Below are positions 38,571-48,326 of a stretch of DNA of 64,000 nucleotides, in pieces. The DNA comes from Thermodesulfobacteriota bacterium (GTDB taxonomy: Bacteria > Desulfobacterota > Desulfobacteria > Desulfobacterales > SURF-7). The translations under genes were made by a program, and so were the position numbers. Every line of letters starts with the position of its first letter. The stretch's first letter is position 1. The DNA lies in the NCBI GenBank assembly GCA_049320885.1, contig JBMORA010000012.1, forward strand, positions 88,445-152,444, written 5' to 3'. The notes below the pieces were generated by a model. That model was not told the DNA's origin and did not search any database. It saw nothing but the letters and a program-made list of their open reading frames with translations.

Positions 38571-39563
38571 ATGGAGGAAATGTACACCGTGGAAGACCTG
38601 AAACAGCGTGTGGATGAATACTATCTTCTGGTCAATGCCTTGCGCAATGAAATCGGTAAAATCATGGTGGGACAGGCGGAGTTGATCGAGGGGCTGTTGA
38701 TCGGCCTCTTCACCAAGAGTCATATCCTCATCGAGGGGGTTCCCGGCCTGGCAAAAACCAGCGCGGTCAAGGCCCTGGCCGAAACGGTGCAGGCCGATTT
38801 CAAGCGGATTCAATTCACGCCGGATTTGCTTCCGGCGGATCTCATCGGCACGGAAATCTATCGACCCAAAACAGGTGATTTCACCATCAAAAAAGGGCCG
38901 GTGTTCAACAACATCATTCTGGCCGACGAAATCAACCGGGCGCCCTCCAAGGTTCAATCCGCATTGCTCGAAGCCATGCAGGAAAAACAGGTGACCATCG
39001 GCGACGCCACCTTCCCCATGGCGGATCCCTTTCTGGTTCTGGCCACCCAGAATCCCATCGAGCAGGAAGGCACCTATCCCCTGCCGGAAGCCCAGATAGA
39101 CCGGTTCATGCTGAAGCTGCTGATCGATTATCCGGACAAACGCGAGGAAAAGGAAATCATGAAGCGCGTCGGCTTCGAACGGCCGGCGGAAATCCGGGCC
39201 GTCCTGTCCCCCGAGCAACTGAACGGAATCGCCGGGCTGGTCAAAGACATCTATATGGATGAAAAACTCAAGGATTATATCGTCGATATTGTCTTCGCAA
39301 CCCGCCGGCCCGGCGAATACAAGATCGATATCGCCGAATACATCCAGTTCGGGGCTTCCCCCAGGGCCAGCATTTTTTTGAGCCTCGCGGCCAGGGCTTA
39401 TGCGTTTCTTCAGGGCCGGCCTTACGTGACGCCCCAGGATATCAAGACCGTGGCGCCGAAAATCCTTCGCCACCGGATCATTTTGACCTACGAAGCCGAG
39501 GCGGAGGATATCACCACGGATCAACTGATCGCACGGATTTTCGATTCCGTGGAAGTACCGTAA
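38571..39563 (+). CDS. moxR: MoxR family AAA+ ATPase
   Basis: EGVPGLAKT, RIQFTPDLLPAD, LADEINRA, ATQNPIEQEGTYPLPEAQ, GASPRA. Confidence 0.95.
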   Translation: MEEMYTVEDLKQRVDEYYLLVNALRNEIGKIMVGQAELIEGLLIGLFTKSHILIEGVPGLAKTSAVKALAETVQADFKRIQFTPDLLPADLIGTEIYRPKTGDFTIKKGPVFNNIILADEINRAPSKVQSALLEAMQEKQVTIGDATFPMADPFLVLATQNPIEQEGTYPLPEAQIDRFMLKLLIDYPDKREEKEIMKRVGFERPAEIRAVLSPEQLNGIAGLVKDIYMDEKLKDYIVDIVFATRRPGEYKIDIAEYIQFGASPRASIFLSLAARAYAFLQGRPYVTPQDIKTVAPKILRHRIILTYEAEAEDITTDQLIARIFDSVEVP

Positions 39564-39635
39564 CCGCAGAAATCCAGCGGGGATCGGGAATCGCGAATTG
39601 TGACCAACTATTGAAACCGGCCAAGGAAAACCCTC

Positions 39636-40514
39636 ATGCTCTCCATGGAGATCATCCGGAAAATCAAATCGATCCATATCAAAAGCAGCCGCCTGGTCAA
39701 TACCATGATGGCCGGTCAATACAAATCGGTTTTCCGGGGCAGCGGCATCGAGTTCGAAGAAGTTCGGGAATACAGTCCCGGCGATGACGTCAAGAGTATC
39801 GACTGGAAAGTATCGGCCAGAATGGGAAGGCCGTTCGTCAAGCTGTACCGGGAGGAGCGTGAACTGGTCTTGATGCTGATGGTGGACATGAGCGCCTCCA
39901 CCTTTTTCGGAACAACCCTCCATACCAAAAAGGAAATCGCCGCGGAAGTCGCTGGCATTCTGGCTTTCAATGCCATCCGCAACAATGATCGGGTGGGCGC
40001 GATCCTGTTTACGGATCAGGTGGAGCGCTATATCCCGCCCAAGAAGGGGGCCGCCCATATCTGGCGCGTCATCAAGGAGATATTCACTTTCGAGCCGGGC
40101 CGCAAGCGGACGGATATCAATTCCGCCGTCCGGTATCTCGGCCATGTCTGCCGGAAAAAAACCGTTTCCTTCCTGATTTCTGATTTTCTGTGCGTGGATT
40201 TTCTTCATGGAATGAAGATCGCGGCAAACAAGCACGACCTCATTGCCGTCATGCTTTCGGATCCAGGTGATTTCACGCTTCCTTCGGCCGGCCTGGTGAC
40301 GGTTGAGGATTTTGAAACCGGCAAGACGGTTCTGCTGGATGCCTCCGGCAGGAATACGCGGCAACTGTTTGAACAACGGCAGCGGACGCGTTATCGGGCC
40401 CTTTTGGAACAATTGAAATCAGCCGATATTGATTGCGTCGAAATCAGCACCGACGCAGCGGTTTCCGAGGCCCTGGTCAAGTTTTTTCGATATCGAAGCA
40501 AACGGAACCATTGA
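39636..40514 (+). CDS. DUF58 domain protein
   Basis: FRGSGIEFEEVREYSPGDDVKSIDWKVSAR; VDMSAS; LISDF. Confidence 0.92.
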   Translation: MLSMEIIRKIKSIHIKSSRLVNTMMAGQYKSVFRGSGIEFEEVREYSPGDDVKSIDWKVSARMGRPFVKLYREERELVLMLMVDMSASTFFGTTLHTKKEIAAEVAGILAFNAIRNNDRVGAILFTDQVERYIPPKKGAAHIWRVIKEIFTFEPGRKRTDINSAVRYLGHVCRKKTVSFLISDFLCVDFLHGMKIAANKHDLIAVMLSDPGDFTLPSAGLVTVEDFETGKTVLLDASGRNTRQLFEQRQRTRYRALLEQLKSADIDCVEISTDAAVSEALVKFFRYRSKRNH

Positions 40515-40524
40515 GGATTCTTAC

Positions 40525-42039
40525 ATGGAAAAAATGCCGATAACAAATGTCCGGCGATTCTTCCTTCTCCTGACGGTCTCCGTCTGCTGCTGGTTGGCGG
40601 CGGTGGCGACCGCGGCCGGATCGGAACCCGGCGGATTGAGCGAAAAACTGCTTTCCATCGGCAAACCGCCGGGAAGCGGCATGATCGTACTGGAGTCCCT
40701 GATTGTCGATCCGAATATCCGGCACATCGCCTATGTCGTTACTTCCCCCGAGGGAATGGCCCTGGTGGTCAACGATATGGCCGGTCGTTTTTTCGAGGGC
40801 ATCGGCAAGGGTTCCCATGTCTTCAATTCCAGCGGCACCCGGATTGCCTATATCGCCATGCAGGGAAAAAAGATGGCGGTGATGACGAACCGGGCCGCCG
40901 GCAAGGCCTATGACGGCGTCGACAACATCCAGTTCAGTCCCGACGGCAATCATCTGGCCTATCGGGCCATGCAGGGCCGAAAACAAATGGTGGTGCTGGA
41001 CGAGCGGAAGGGGCCTTTGTTCACCGGGATATCCGGGAACATCGGTTTGCGGTTCAGTCCCGACTCCCAACAGTTCGTCTATGTGGCCCTCAAGGGGCAA
41101 AAGCTGGTGCCGGTCATCAATGGCAGACCGGAAAGGGAGTGCGACGATATCCGGGAAGTTGTTTTCAGTCCGGATTCCAAGCATTACGCCTATTCGGCGA
41201 GAATCGGCAGGGAATGGTTCGTGTTCCGCAACGGGAAACCGGGTCCCGCCTTCGACAATGTCGGCCAACTCACCTTCAGCCCCAATTCCTGGAGCCTGGC
41301 CCATGCGGCGGAGTTGAAGGGAAACTGGTATATGGTGCGGGATGCGCAACGGTATCCGGCGGGGGATTTCGCCGGCCTGCCGACCTTCAGCCCTGACAGC
41401 AGCCGTTTCGGATATGGCATGATGAAGGCCGGCGTCTGGCGATTCGTGGTGGACGGGGAAAGCGGTTCGAACTGGGATCGTCTGGGACTGCTTCAGTTCA
41501 GTCCGGATTCAAAACGCCATGCGTATACCGCCGGTCGGGGGGACAGCTGGTATCTTGTGGAAGACGGGAAAACCGGTCCGGCATGGGACGGCATCCGCGG
41601 GTTCAATTACAGCCCGGATGGTTCACAACTGGTGTATGCGGGCGGCCGCCAGGGAAAATGGCATATGGTGATCAATGGAAATATCGGAAACGGCTATACC
41701 GACATCGGCATGCCGGTTTTCAGCAAGGATTCGAGACGCATGGCTTTTCCGGCAAAAAACGGTGACCGGCACTATCTGGTGGCGGATGGCCGGGAGGGGC
41801 AAGGCTTTGGCGCGGTGGCGGGGCCGGTTTTCAGCGCGGACGGCAACCACCTGGTTTGCCAGGTCCATGTCGATGGGCAATGGGCGGTGGTGGCGGACGG
41901 TCGTCTGGGTCGTTCCCGGTTCAGCGGTTTTTTGAAATCGGCGCCCCTGGTGTTCGATGCCCCCAACCGGTTTCACGGCCTGGTCTGGCAGGAAGCCGGG
42001 CCGGAGTTTTTCCGGCTGCAGGCGGAGATCGGGGAATAA
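40525..42039 (+). CDS. Secreted TolB/WD40-like beta-propeller repeat protein
   Basis: GAGGA RBS; signal peptide; repeated FSPD(S/G)xxxAY units; paralog of 32401-33924. Confidence 0.75.
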   Translation: MEKMPITNVRRFFLLLTVSVCCWLAAVATAAGSEPGGLSEKLLSIGKPPGSGMIVLESLIVDPNIRHIAYVVTSPEGMALVVNDMAGRFFEGIGKGSHVFNSSGTRIAYIAMQGKKMAVMTNRAAGKAYDGVDNIQFSPDGNHLAYRAMQGRKQMVVLDERKGPLFTGISGNIGLRFSPDSQQFVYVALKGQKLVPVINGRPERECDDIREVVFSPDSKHYAYSARIGREWFVFRNGKPGPAFDNVGQLTFSPNSWSLAHAAELKGNWYMVRDAQRYPAGDFAGLPTFSPDSSRFGYGMMKAGVWRFVVDGESGSNWDRLGLLQFSPDSKRHAYTAGRGDSWYLVEDGKTGPAWDGIRGFNYSPDGSQLVYAGGRQGKWHMVINGNIGNGYTDIGMPVFSKDSRRMAFPAKNGDRHYLVADGREGQGFGAVAGPVFSADGNHLVCQVHVDGQWAVVADGRLGRSRFSGFLKSAPLVFDAPNRFHGLVWQEAGPEFFRLQAEIGE

Positions 42040-42046
42040 GCGGACG

Positions 42047-42583
42047 ATGAACGACATCCATGATATCAAGCCGCTTGTCCGGATAGGGTATCCGCTGGAG
42101 TACATCCGCATCATCGCCTGGGGGCTGGCGGCGGCTGTTCTTCTGGCACTGGTCATCGCCGGCATCCGTTGGTACCGCGGGCGAACCAAACCAGGAAAAG
42201 GCGTCCCTCCGCCCGTTCCTCCCCACGAATCGGCCCTTCAGCAGATCCAGGCCCTGGCGCAGTTGGCTGACCTTGCCGGCCGTGAGTTTTATTTCCGGCT
42301 TTCAGCCGTCCTGCGGGCTTATATCCAGGGACGTTATGGCATTGACGCCCCGGAGATGACCACCGAGGAACTGCTTCCGAAAATAACGCAACTCAAACTT
42401 GACCGGAATTTGGAGCGTGGTATAAAAGACTTCCTGACCTGGAGTGATCCGGTCAAATTCGCCGGGATTTCCGCTGACCGAAACCGGATGAGATCCGATC
42501 TGGATTTTGCCGAAGGTTTTGTCCGCAAGACCATGGCGCCGGAAAATGGGACCCAGGGGCCGCCGGCAACCCCAGTCCCATGA
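42047..42583 (+). CDS. DUF4381-like single-TM protein of Bat operons
   Basis: MNDIHDIKP, TM helix, PPHESAL, EMTTEE, SDPVKFA; position before batA. Confidence 0.75.
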   Translation: MNDIHDIKPLVRIGYPLEYIRIIAWGLAAAVLLALVIAGIRWYRGRTKPGKGVPPPVPPHESALQQIQALAQLADLAGREFYFRLSAVLRAYIQGRYGIDAPEMTTEELLPKITQLKLDRNLERGIKDFLTWSDPVKFAGISADRNRMRSDLDFAEGFVRKTMAPENGTQGPPATPVP

Positions 42584-42633
42584 AGGCCGGAAAATCAATC
42601 ATCAGGGATGATTTCCTTTGGGGCAGTTGACTC

Positions 42634-43635
42634 ATGATGTTCCGTTTCGCATCACCCCTCTTTTTCGTGTTGCTCATGGCGGTCCCCCTGGCGGTTTGGT
42701 ACCGTCGGAGGATCAAGCCGCATCCCAGTCTGAAGGTTTCCGATACGGTTGAGATTCAGCCGATCGGGGAGACGTTCCTCCTTGCCGCAGGACGCATGCT
42801 GCCGGCTCTGAAATATCTGGCATTTGCCCTGATGGTCATCGCCATGGCCCGGCCGCAATGGGGAACCCGGCAGACCAGCATTTTGACCGAAGGGGTCAAT
42901 CTGATTCTGGCGGTGGATGTTTCCGAAAGCATGGCGGCATTGGATTTTAAAAAGGAAGGCAAAATCGTCAACCGGCTGGAGGCGGTAAAGGGAGTGGTGC
43001 AGGATTTTATCACCAAACGCCGGGGGGACCGGATCGGCATGGTGGTGTTCGGCACCAATGCTTACACCCAGCTGCCCCTGACCCGGGATTACAACACCAT
43101 CGCCTTTATTCTCGATCGGCTCCGGATCGGCGCGGCCGGACCCAATACCGCCATCGGGGATGCCATCGGGATCAGCCTCAAAAGGCTCGCCGACATTAAA
43201 AGCAAGTCGAACGTGTTGATTCTGCTGACCGACGGCCAGAGCAATGCCGGTCAATTGACCCCGGAAGACGCCGCGGCGGCGGCTGTCCAGCAGGGAGTGA
43301 AAATCTACACCATCGGGGTCGGTACCCGCGGCCGGGCCCCTTTCCTGATCCGCGACCCCCTGTTCGGGGAGCGCTATGTGTATCAGCAGGTGGACATGGA
43401 TGAAGGCGTGCTGAAAAAAATCGCCGGCCAAACCGGGGGGCTGTATTTCCGGGCCGAGGATCTGAAGGGATTGAAAACCATCTATGAAACCATCGACCGC
43501 CTGGAAAAAACCGATGTCCGGATGAAATCCTTTGAGGAGTACAGGGAGTTATACACCTATTTTCTGCTGCCGGCCCTGGGTTTGCTGGCGGCCTGGATAC
43601 TGTTGTCCAATACCCGGTTTCTGAGGATTCCGTGA
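42634..43635 (+). CDS. batA: BatA vWA domain protein
   Basis: MARPQ, DVSESM MIDAS, DRIGMVVF, TAIGDAIG, LLTDG. Confidence 0.9.
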   Translation: MMFRFASPLFFVLLMAVPLAVWYRRRIKPHPSLKVSDTVEIQPIGETFLLAAGRMLPALKYLAFALMVIAMARPQWGTRQTSILTEGVNLILAVDVSESMAALDFKKEGKIVNRLEAVKGVVQDFITKRRGDRIGMVVFGTNAYTQLPLTRDYNTIAFILDRLRIGAAGPNTAIGDAIGISLKRLADIKSKSNVLILLTDGQSNAGQLTPEDAAAAAVQQGVKIYTIGVGTRGRAPFLIRDPLFGERYVYQQVDMDEGVLKKIAGQTGGLYFRAEDLKGLKTIYETIDRLEKTDVRMKSFEEYRELYTYFLLPALGLLAAWILLSNTRFLRIP

Positions 43636-45482
43636 AATTTGCGCATATGGAAATGCTGTTTTTGATCTGGCTGGCGCCTGCCCTGTTCCTGGCGGTTCTG
43701 TGGGGCGCCCGGCGCCGCCGGAAGATACTCGATGGTTTCTCAGCCCCTAAAAGCCTTGCCGTCATAGCGCCCGGCATGAGTTCCGGAAGACGGTGGGTCA
43801 AATCCGGCCTGATCCTCGCGGCCATTTTACTGGCGGCTTTTTCCCTGTCCGGCCCCCAATACGGCTTCCGATGGCAGGAGGTTGAACGTCGGGGTATCGA
43901 TATCATGATCGCCCTGGACTGTTCCCGGAGCATGCTGGCCGTGGATGTGAACCCCACGCGCCTGGATCGCGCCAAACGCGAGATCATCGATCTGCTGAAC
44001 ATGCTGGAAGGTGATCGGATCGGGCTGGTTGCGTTTTCCGGCGAAGCGTTTCTCCAGTGTCCGTTGACCCTGGATTATGAAGCCTTTCATCTTTTCCTCA
44101 ACAGCCTTTCACCGGATTCGGTTCCGGTGGGCGGCACCAATCTGGCCGCGGCCATTCAAACAGCCATGGACGGATTCGAACAGACGGCAAATACCGAAAA
44201 AGCCATCCTGATCATCACCGACGGGGAAAACACGGGGGACGATCCGCTTGGAACAATGGAAAAGGCGGTGGGCGCGGGGATAAAAATCTTCTGCATCGGC
44301 GTGGGCGGCACCGAAGGAGTTCCGGTTCCCGCCAGGACCGGCGGTTTTCAGAAAGGAAGCGACGGCAAAATCGTGCTGAGCCGTCTGGACGAAGGACTGC
44401 TGAAAAAACTGGCGGCCGGGACAGGGGGGATGTATGTAGGCTCCGTGGCCGGCGACATGGACCTGGATGTCATTTATCGTCGGGAAATTCGAGGAAAAAT
44501 GGATCCCGCCACCCTGACGACCAACCGGAAACAGGTTTGGGAGGATCGCTTCCAGTGGCCCCTTTTGCTGGCTTTGATTGCCTTGATCGCCGAGATGTTT
44601 CTTCCGGCGGCCAGACGGGGGGGATTGCCGCTGCTGATGGTGCTGCTGATGGGGCTGGCCGCGCCCGAAACCCTTTGGGCCGAATCGGTTTCGGAAAGCG
44701 CCGCTCGGGGACAAGCCGCCTATGAAAGCGGCGATTATGACAAGGCCTTGAAACAGTATATCGATGCGCAGCTGGAGGAACCGGAAAAACCGGAAATCGA
44801 CTATAACCTCGGCAATGTTTACTACAAAAAAGGTGATTATGACGAAGCTTTCCGGCATTATCAAAAGGCCCTTGCCGCCAAGGATCCGGCTCTGCGCCAG
44901 AAGATCCACTACAACCTGGGGAATACGGCTTTCCGCAAGAAAAAGTTCGACCAAGCCGTCACCAATTATGAGGCCGCCCTGAAGCTCGATCCCCGGGACA
45001 ACCAGGCGGCCCAGAACCTGGAATTCGTCCGCAAGGTCATGGACCAGGAGCAACAGCGCCGGGAATCCGGTTCCGGCGAAAGTTCGTCACCGCCTGACGA
45101 GCAGGAACAGGAAACGGAAAACTCCGCCAAAGACAAGGGGAATTCGGACAACAAAGATGAATCGGAGGCTTCCGCCTCACCTTCTCCATCTGAAAAACCC
45201 GGGGCCGAACAATCCGGAGATGGAGCCGAAAATCAAAGCCGGGGGGTCGGTTCGAAACCCGGGGAAGAAGAAAACCAAGGGAAAGCGGGGGAGCCGCCGC
45301 CAGCCGTTCCCGGACAGCCGGACCAAGCCGGAGACCCGACCCGGGAAGGGCAGGCGTCCGGAAATCCCGATGGAACAATGACGGAACATCAGGTGGAACG
45401 CCTTCTGAATCGGTTGCAGGATCTCCCGGGAGGCGCCATGACTCCCCAATACGGAAAAAGGGAAGTCGAAAGAGACTGGTAG
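43632..45482 (+). CDS. batB: BatB-BatC fusion: vWA + TPR + acidic low-complexity tail
   Basis: DCSRSM MIDAS, PTRLDRAKRE, CPLTLDY, ITDGE; TPRs YNLGN; ends VERDW. Confidence 0.85.
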   Translation: MKFAHMEMLFLIWLAPALFLAVLWGARRRRKILDGFSAPKSLAVIAPGMSSGRRWVKSGLILAAILLAAFSLSGPQYGFRWQEVERRGIDIMIALDCSRSMLAVDVNPTRLDRAKREIIDLLNMLEGDRIGLVAFSGEAFLQCPLTLDYEAFHLFLNSLSPDSVPVGGTNLAAAIQTAMDGFEQTANTEKAILIITDGENTGDDPLGTMEKAVGAGIKIFCIGVGGTEGVPVPARTGGFQKGSDGKIVLSRLDEGLLKKLAAGTGGMYVGSVAGDMDLDVIYRREIRGKMDPATLTTNRKQVWEDRFQWPLLLALIALIAEMFLPAARRGGLPLLMVLLMGLAAPETLWAESVSESAARGQAAYESGDYDKALKQYIDAQLEEPEKPEIDYNLGNVYYKKGDYDEAFRHYQKALAAKDPALRQKIHYNLGNTAFRKKKFDQAVTNYEAALKLDPRDNQAAQNLEFVRKVMDQEQQRRESGSGESSSPPDEQEQETENSAKDKGNSDNKDESEASASPSPSEKPGAEQSGDGAENQSRGVGSKPGEEENQGKAGEPPPAVPGQPDQAGDPTREGQASGNPDGTMTEHQVERLLNRLQDLPGGAMTPQYGKREVERDW

Positions 45483-45580
45483 CGAGAGAGCCAAGTTCAG
45501 GAGTCGGAAGACAGGGGCCAGAAGGGAGAGCTCAGGACGCCCGATTCTGAATTCCGGCTACCCGAGGGGTATCGCAAAAG

Positions 45581-47362
45581 GTGGGTGGATTGTTTTCTCA
45601 ACAGGATCGAAACAGGATTATGGTGCGACTCATCGGCGTGTTGCTTCTTCTTACGGCCACCAAGGCCGGCGCCGGAGAAGTGACGGCCGTCGTCGACCGG
45701 AACCGGATGAGTCCGGAGGAATCGGCGCTGCTGAGCGTCGTCATTCCGGGCGGGAGCGCCCAGGTGGATGTTTCCGCCATCACGGATTTCAAGGTGATTC
45801 CCCAGGGCACCAGTACCAGTGTCCAGGTGATCAACGGCCAGGTCAGCCGGGAGGCCCGCTACAATTACGCGATTCTGCCTTTGAAGGAAGGCCGGCTCGC
45901 CATCCCGTCCCTAACGGTCCGCATGGACGGGAAGACCTATCAAACCGATCCCATCATGATCTCCGTCGAGCAGTCCAAGGAGGCGCCGGAGCCGGGTGAA
46001 CAGCCCCTGTTTGTCGAGGCATGGGTGTCGAAAACCACGCCTTTTGCAGGGCAGCAGGTGATCTATACCTTCCGGTTGTACAACTCCGTGAAAATCGCCA
46101 ATGCAAACCTGCAGCCCCCTGACTTCAAGGGCTTCACCTCCCGGGAAATGGAACGGAAGCAGCCCTATCGCAAGGTGGTGAACGGTCGTGAGTACCTGGT
46201 TACGGAAGTCTCCTTCATCCTGGTTCCTTTGGCGCCGGGTCGTCTGGAGATCCCCCCGACGGCTCTGACCTGTGATGTGGTCCGCCAGCGGGCCCGGGAT
46301 CCGCGGCGTTTCCCGTTCGACTCCTTTTTCGATGATCCGTTTTTCAGCGGCGGGACCCAACTGGAAGCCCGGTTTTTAAAAACCCGGCCCATTGAAATGG
46401 ATGTCCGCCCGTTGCCGCCGGACACGGATGCCGCCGCCTTTTCCGGATTGGTGGGCCGCTTCGACTTGCAGGTGAACCTGGAGCCGGAAAAATTGAAAAC
46501 CGGAGATTCCGCCGCCCTGACCATCGTCCTGGCTGGAGAAGGGAATATCATGGAGGCCGAAATGCCGGATGTGAACATCCCCGGCGGTGTCAAGGTCTAT
46601 CCGGATGCTCCCCGGGAGGAAATCAAAACCGGACCGGAAGGGTACATCGGCACCAAAACATTCCGTGCCGCGCTGGTGGCCGTCGATCCGGGTGTTTACC
46701 GCATTCCGCCGATACGCATCCGCTATTTCGATATCAATGCCGGAGAATACAAGACCCTTGAATCCCGATCCGTTTCCCTGGAGGTTCTGCCGGGTGAAAA
46801 GCGGGAGGAATTGGAAGTCTACGGACCGCAATCGCGGGAATCATCCAACCGGATCCGTAAACATCGGGTGGAGTTTTCCGAACGGGATATCCTGCCGCTG
46901 AAAGACGATCTGGGCGCTGTGGAAAACCGGTCGGTTTTCCCCCTTCACCTGTTTTTGGCATTCCTGCTGATTCCCGCGGCATTGTCCGTTTCCGCCACGG
47001 CCTTGCTGCGGTATGCACGGCGCGACCGGAAACCCTCCGAGATGATGGCTTTCAGGGCGCGCAACGCCTTGAAAGCCGCCGGCGCCAAGAAGCATTCCCA
47101 CGGGGAATGTCTCGCCCATCTGCACAAAGCCCTGATGGCGGCCGTTTTTTCAAAAGCCGGGATACAGGGGGAAGCGGCCACCTATGACGAAATCCGGACA
47201 ATGCTGAAGCAGGCGGCCCTGGCAAGCGAAACCATCGACCAGACGATATCCCTGTTGAAGCGCATCGATTCCCTGCGATACGGCGGTATGGCGGGAAATG
47301 CGGGAGAGCAGGACCGGCTTCATGAACAGACGCGGACCGTGGTCAGGAGGCTTATTGCATGA
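45581..47362 (+). CDS. batD: BatD family protein
   Basis: TSTSVQVING, FDSFFDDPFF, FSGLVGRF, GEGNI, KVYPD; C-terminal TM; start may be ATG 45620. Confidence 0.85.
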   Translation: MGGLFSQQDRNRIMVRLIGVLLLLTATKAGAGEVTAVVDRNRMSPEESALLSVVIPGGSAQVDVSAITDFKVIPQGTSTSVQVINGQVSREARYNYAILPLKEGRLAIPSLTVRMDGKTYQTDPIMISVEQSKEAPEPGEQPLFVEAWVSKTTPFAGQQVIYTFRLYNSVKIANANLQPPDFKGFTSREMERKQPYRKVVNGREYLVTEVSFILVPLAPGRLEIPPTALTCDVVRQRARDPRRFPFDSFFDDPFFSGGTQLEARFLKTRPIEMDVRPLPPDTDAAAFSGLVGRFDLQVNLEPEKLKTGDSAALTIVLAGEGNIMEAEMPDVNIPGGVKVYPDAPREEIKTGPEGYIGTKTFRAALVAVDPGVYRIPPIRIRYFDINAGEYKTLESRSVSLEVLPGEKREELEVYGPQSRESSNRIRKHRVEFSERDILPLKDDLGAVENRSVFPLHLFLAFLLIPAALSVSATALLRYARRDRKPSEMMAFRARNALKAAGAKKHSHGECLAHLHKALMAAVFSKAGIQGEAATYDEIRTMLKQAALASETIDQTISLLKRIDSLRYGGMAGNAGEQDRLHEQTRTVVRRLIA

Positions 47363-48117
47363 AACACAATCGGGTGATCATCTGGCTTGGCATGTTCTTT
47401 CTGTGGGGTATTTCTGTGGCAAGGGCGTCGGAAAACGCCGCTCTTTTTTTGGAAGGAATCAAACAATATCAGCAAAAAGAGTATCACGAGGCCGCAAACC
47501 GGTTTCAGCAGATCGCGGCGAGCGGCATCGTCAACGGGGCTTTGTACTACAACCTGGGAAACGCCTATCTGAAAAGCGGTGATATCGGCCGGGCGGTTCT
47601 CTGGTATGAACGCGCGCGGAAAATTCTGCCCCGTGATCCGGATCTGAAATTCAACCTGAATTACGCCCGTTCCCTGGTGAAGGATGAGGCCGGTTTCAGC
47701 GGTTCCCCCCTGTACCGCGTCCTTTTTTTCTGGAATCATCTCCTGGGCCAAACGGAAATTTTGTGGAGCGCCGTCATCTGCAACCTGATCCTGTGGGTCA
47801 TCCTGGTTCTCCGGAAGATAACGGCCCACCGGGTATGGACCTATGTTTCCCTGCCGTTGTCCCTGATCACCTTCATTTTCGTGTCGACGGCCTTGTACAA
47901 CTATTATGAAACGGTTTTTGAAAAACAGGCCGTGGTTCTGCCGGCGGAAGTCGCCGTCCGCTCGGGCCTCTCCGAGGAAGACACGCAGCTGTTTCAACTG
48001 CATGCCGGCAGCCGGGTGAAGATCGATACGGCAAAAGGCGATTGCTACCGGATCTATTTTTCCGAAGGGAAGATCGGCTGGATCCGGAAGAAGGAGGTGG
48101 AGCCGATTTCACTCTGA
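47359..48117 (+). CDS. batE: BatE: TPR + SH3-like protein
   Basis: LYYNLGNAYLK..DIGRAVLWYERA..PRDPDLKFNL; two TMs; FQLHAGS...IGWI. Confidence 0.88.
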   Translation: MKHNRVIIWLGMFFLWGISVARASENAALFLEGIKQYQQKEYHEAANRFQQIAASGIVNGALYYNLGNAYLKSGDIGRAVLWYERARKILPRDPDLKFNLNYARSLVKDEAGFSGSPLYRVLFFWNHLLGQTEILWSAVICNLILWVILVLRKITAHRVWTYVSLPLSLITFIFVSTALYNYYETVFEKQAVVLPAEVAVRSGLSEEDTQLFQLHAGSRVKIDTAKGDCYRIYFSEGKIGWIRKKEVEPISL

Positions 48118-48326
48118 GAAATCGAATCCGGTCCGGCAGGCGTCCTCCAGCCGATACTTTTTCCTTGAATAATACAATGAATTGAATTAAATAGCCTTCT
48201 AATGAGATATGCAGCAGCCGCAGCGTCCTTTCTTCCTGTTCGCGGCCAGCCTGGCCGGCCATCCAACCGGTCAGGCGGCTTGCGTCATCTCGTCATTCAA
48301 CGGTCTGACAATTCGGAGCCTTCATT

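Noticed and set aside
38466..40412. 648-aa minus-strand ORF
   Set aside because: Antisense shadow of moxR and DUF58
45495..45551. Imperfect hairpin between batB/C and batD
   Set aside because: Weak, no U-tract, no second copy noticed
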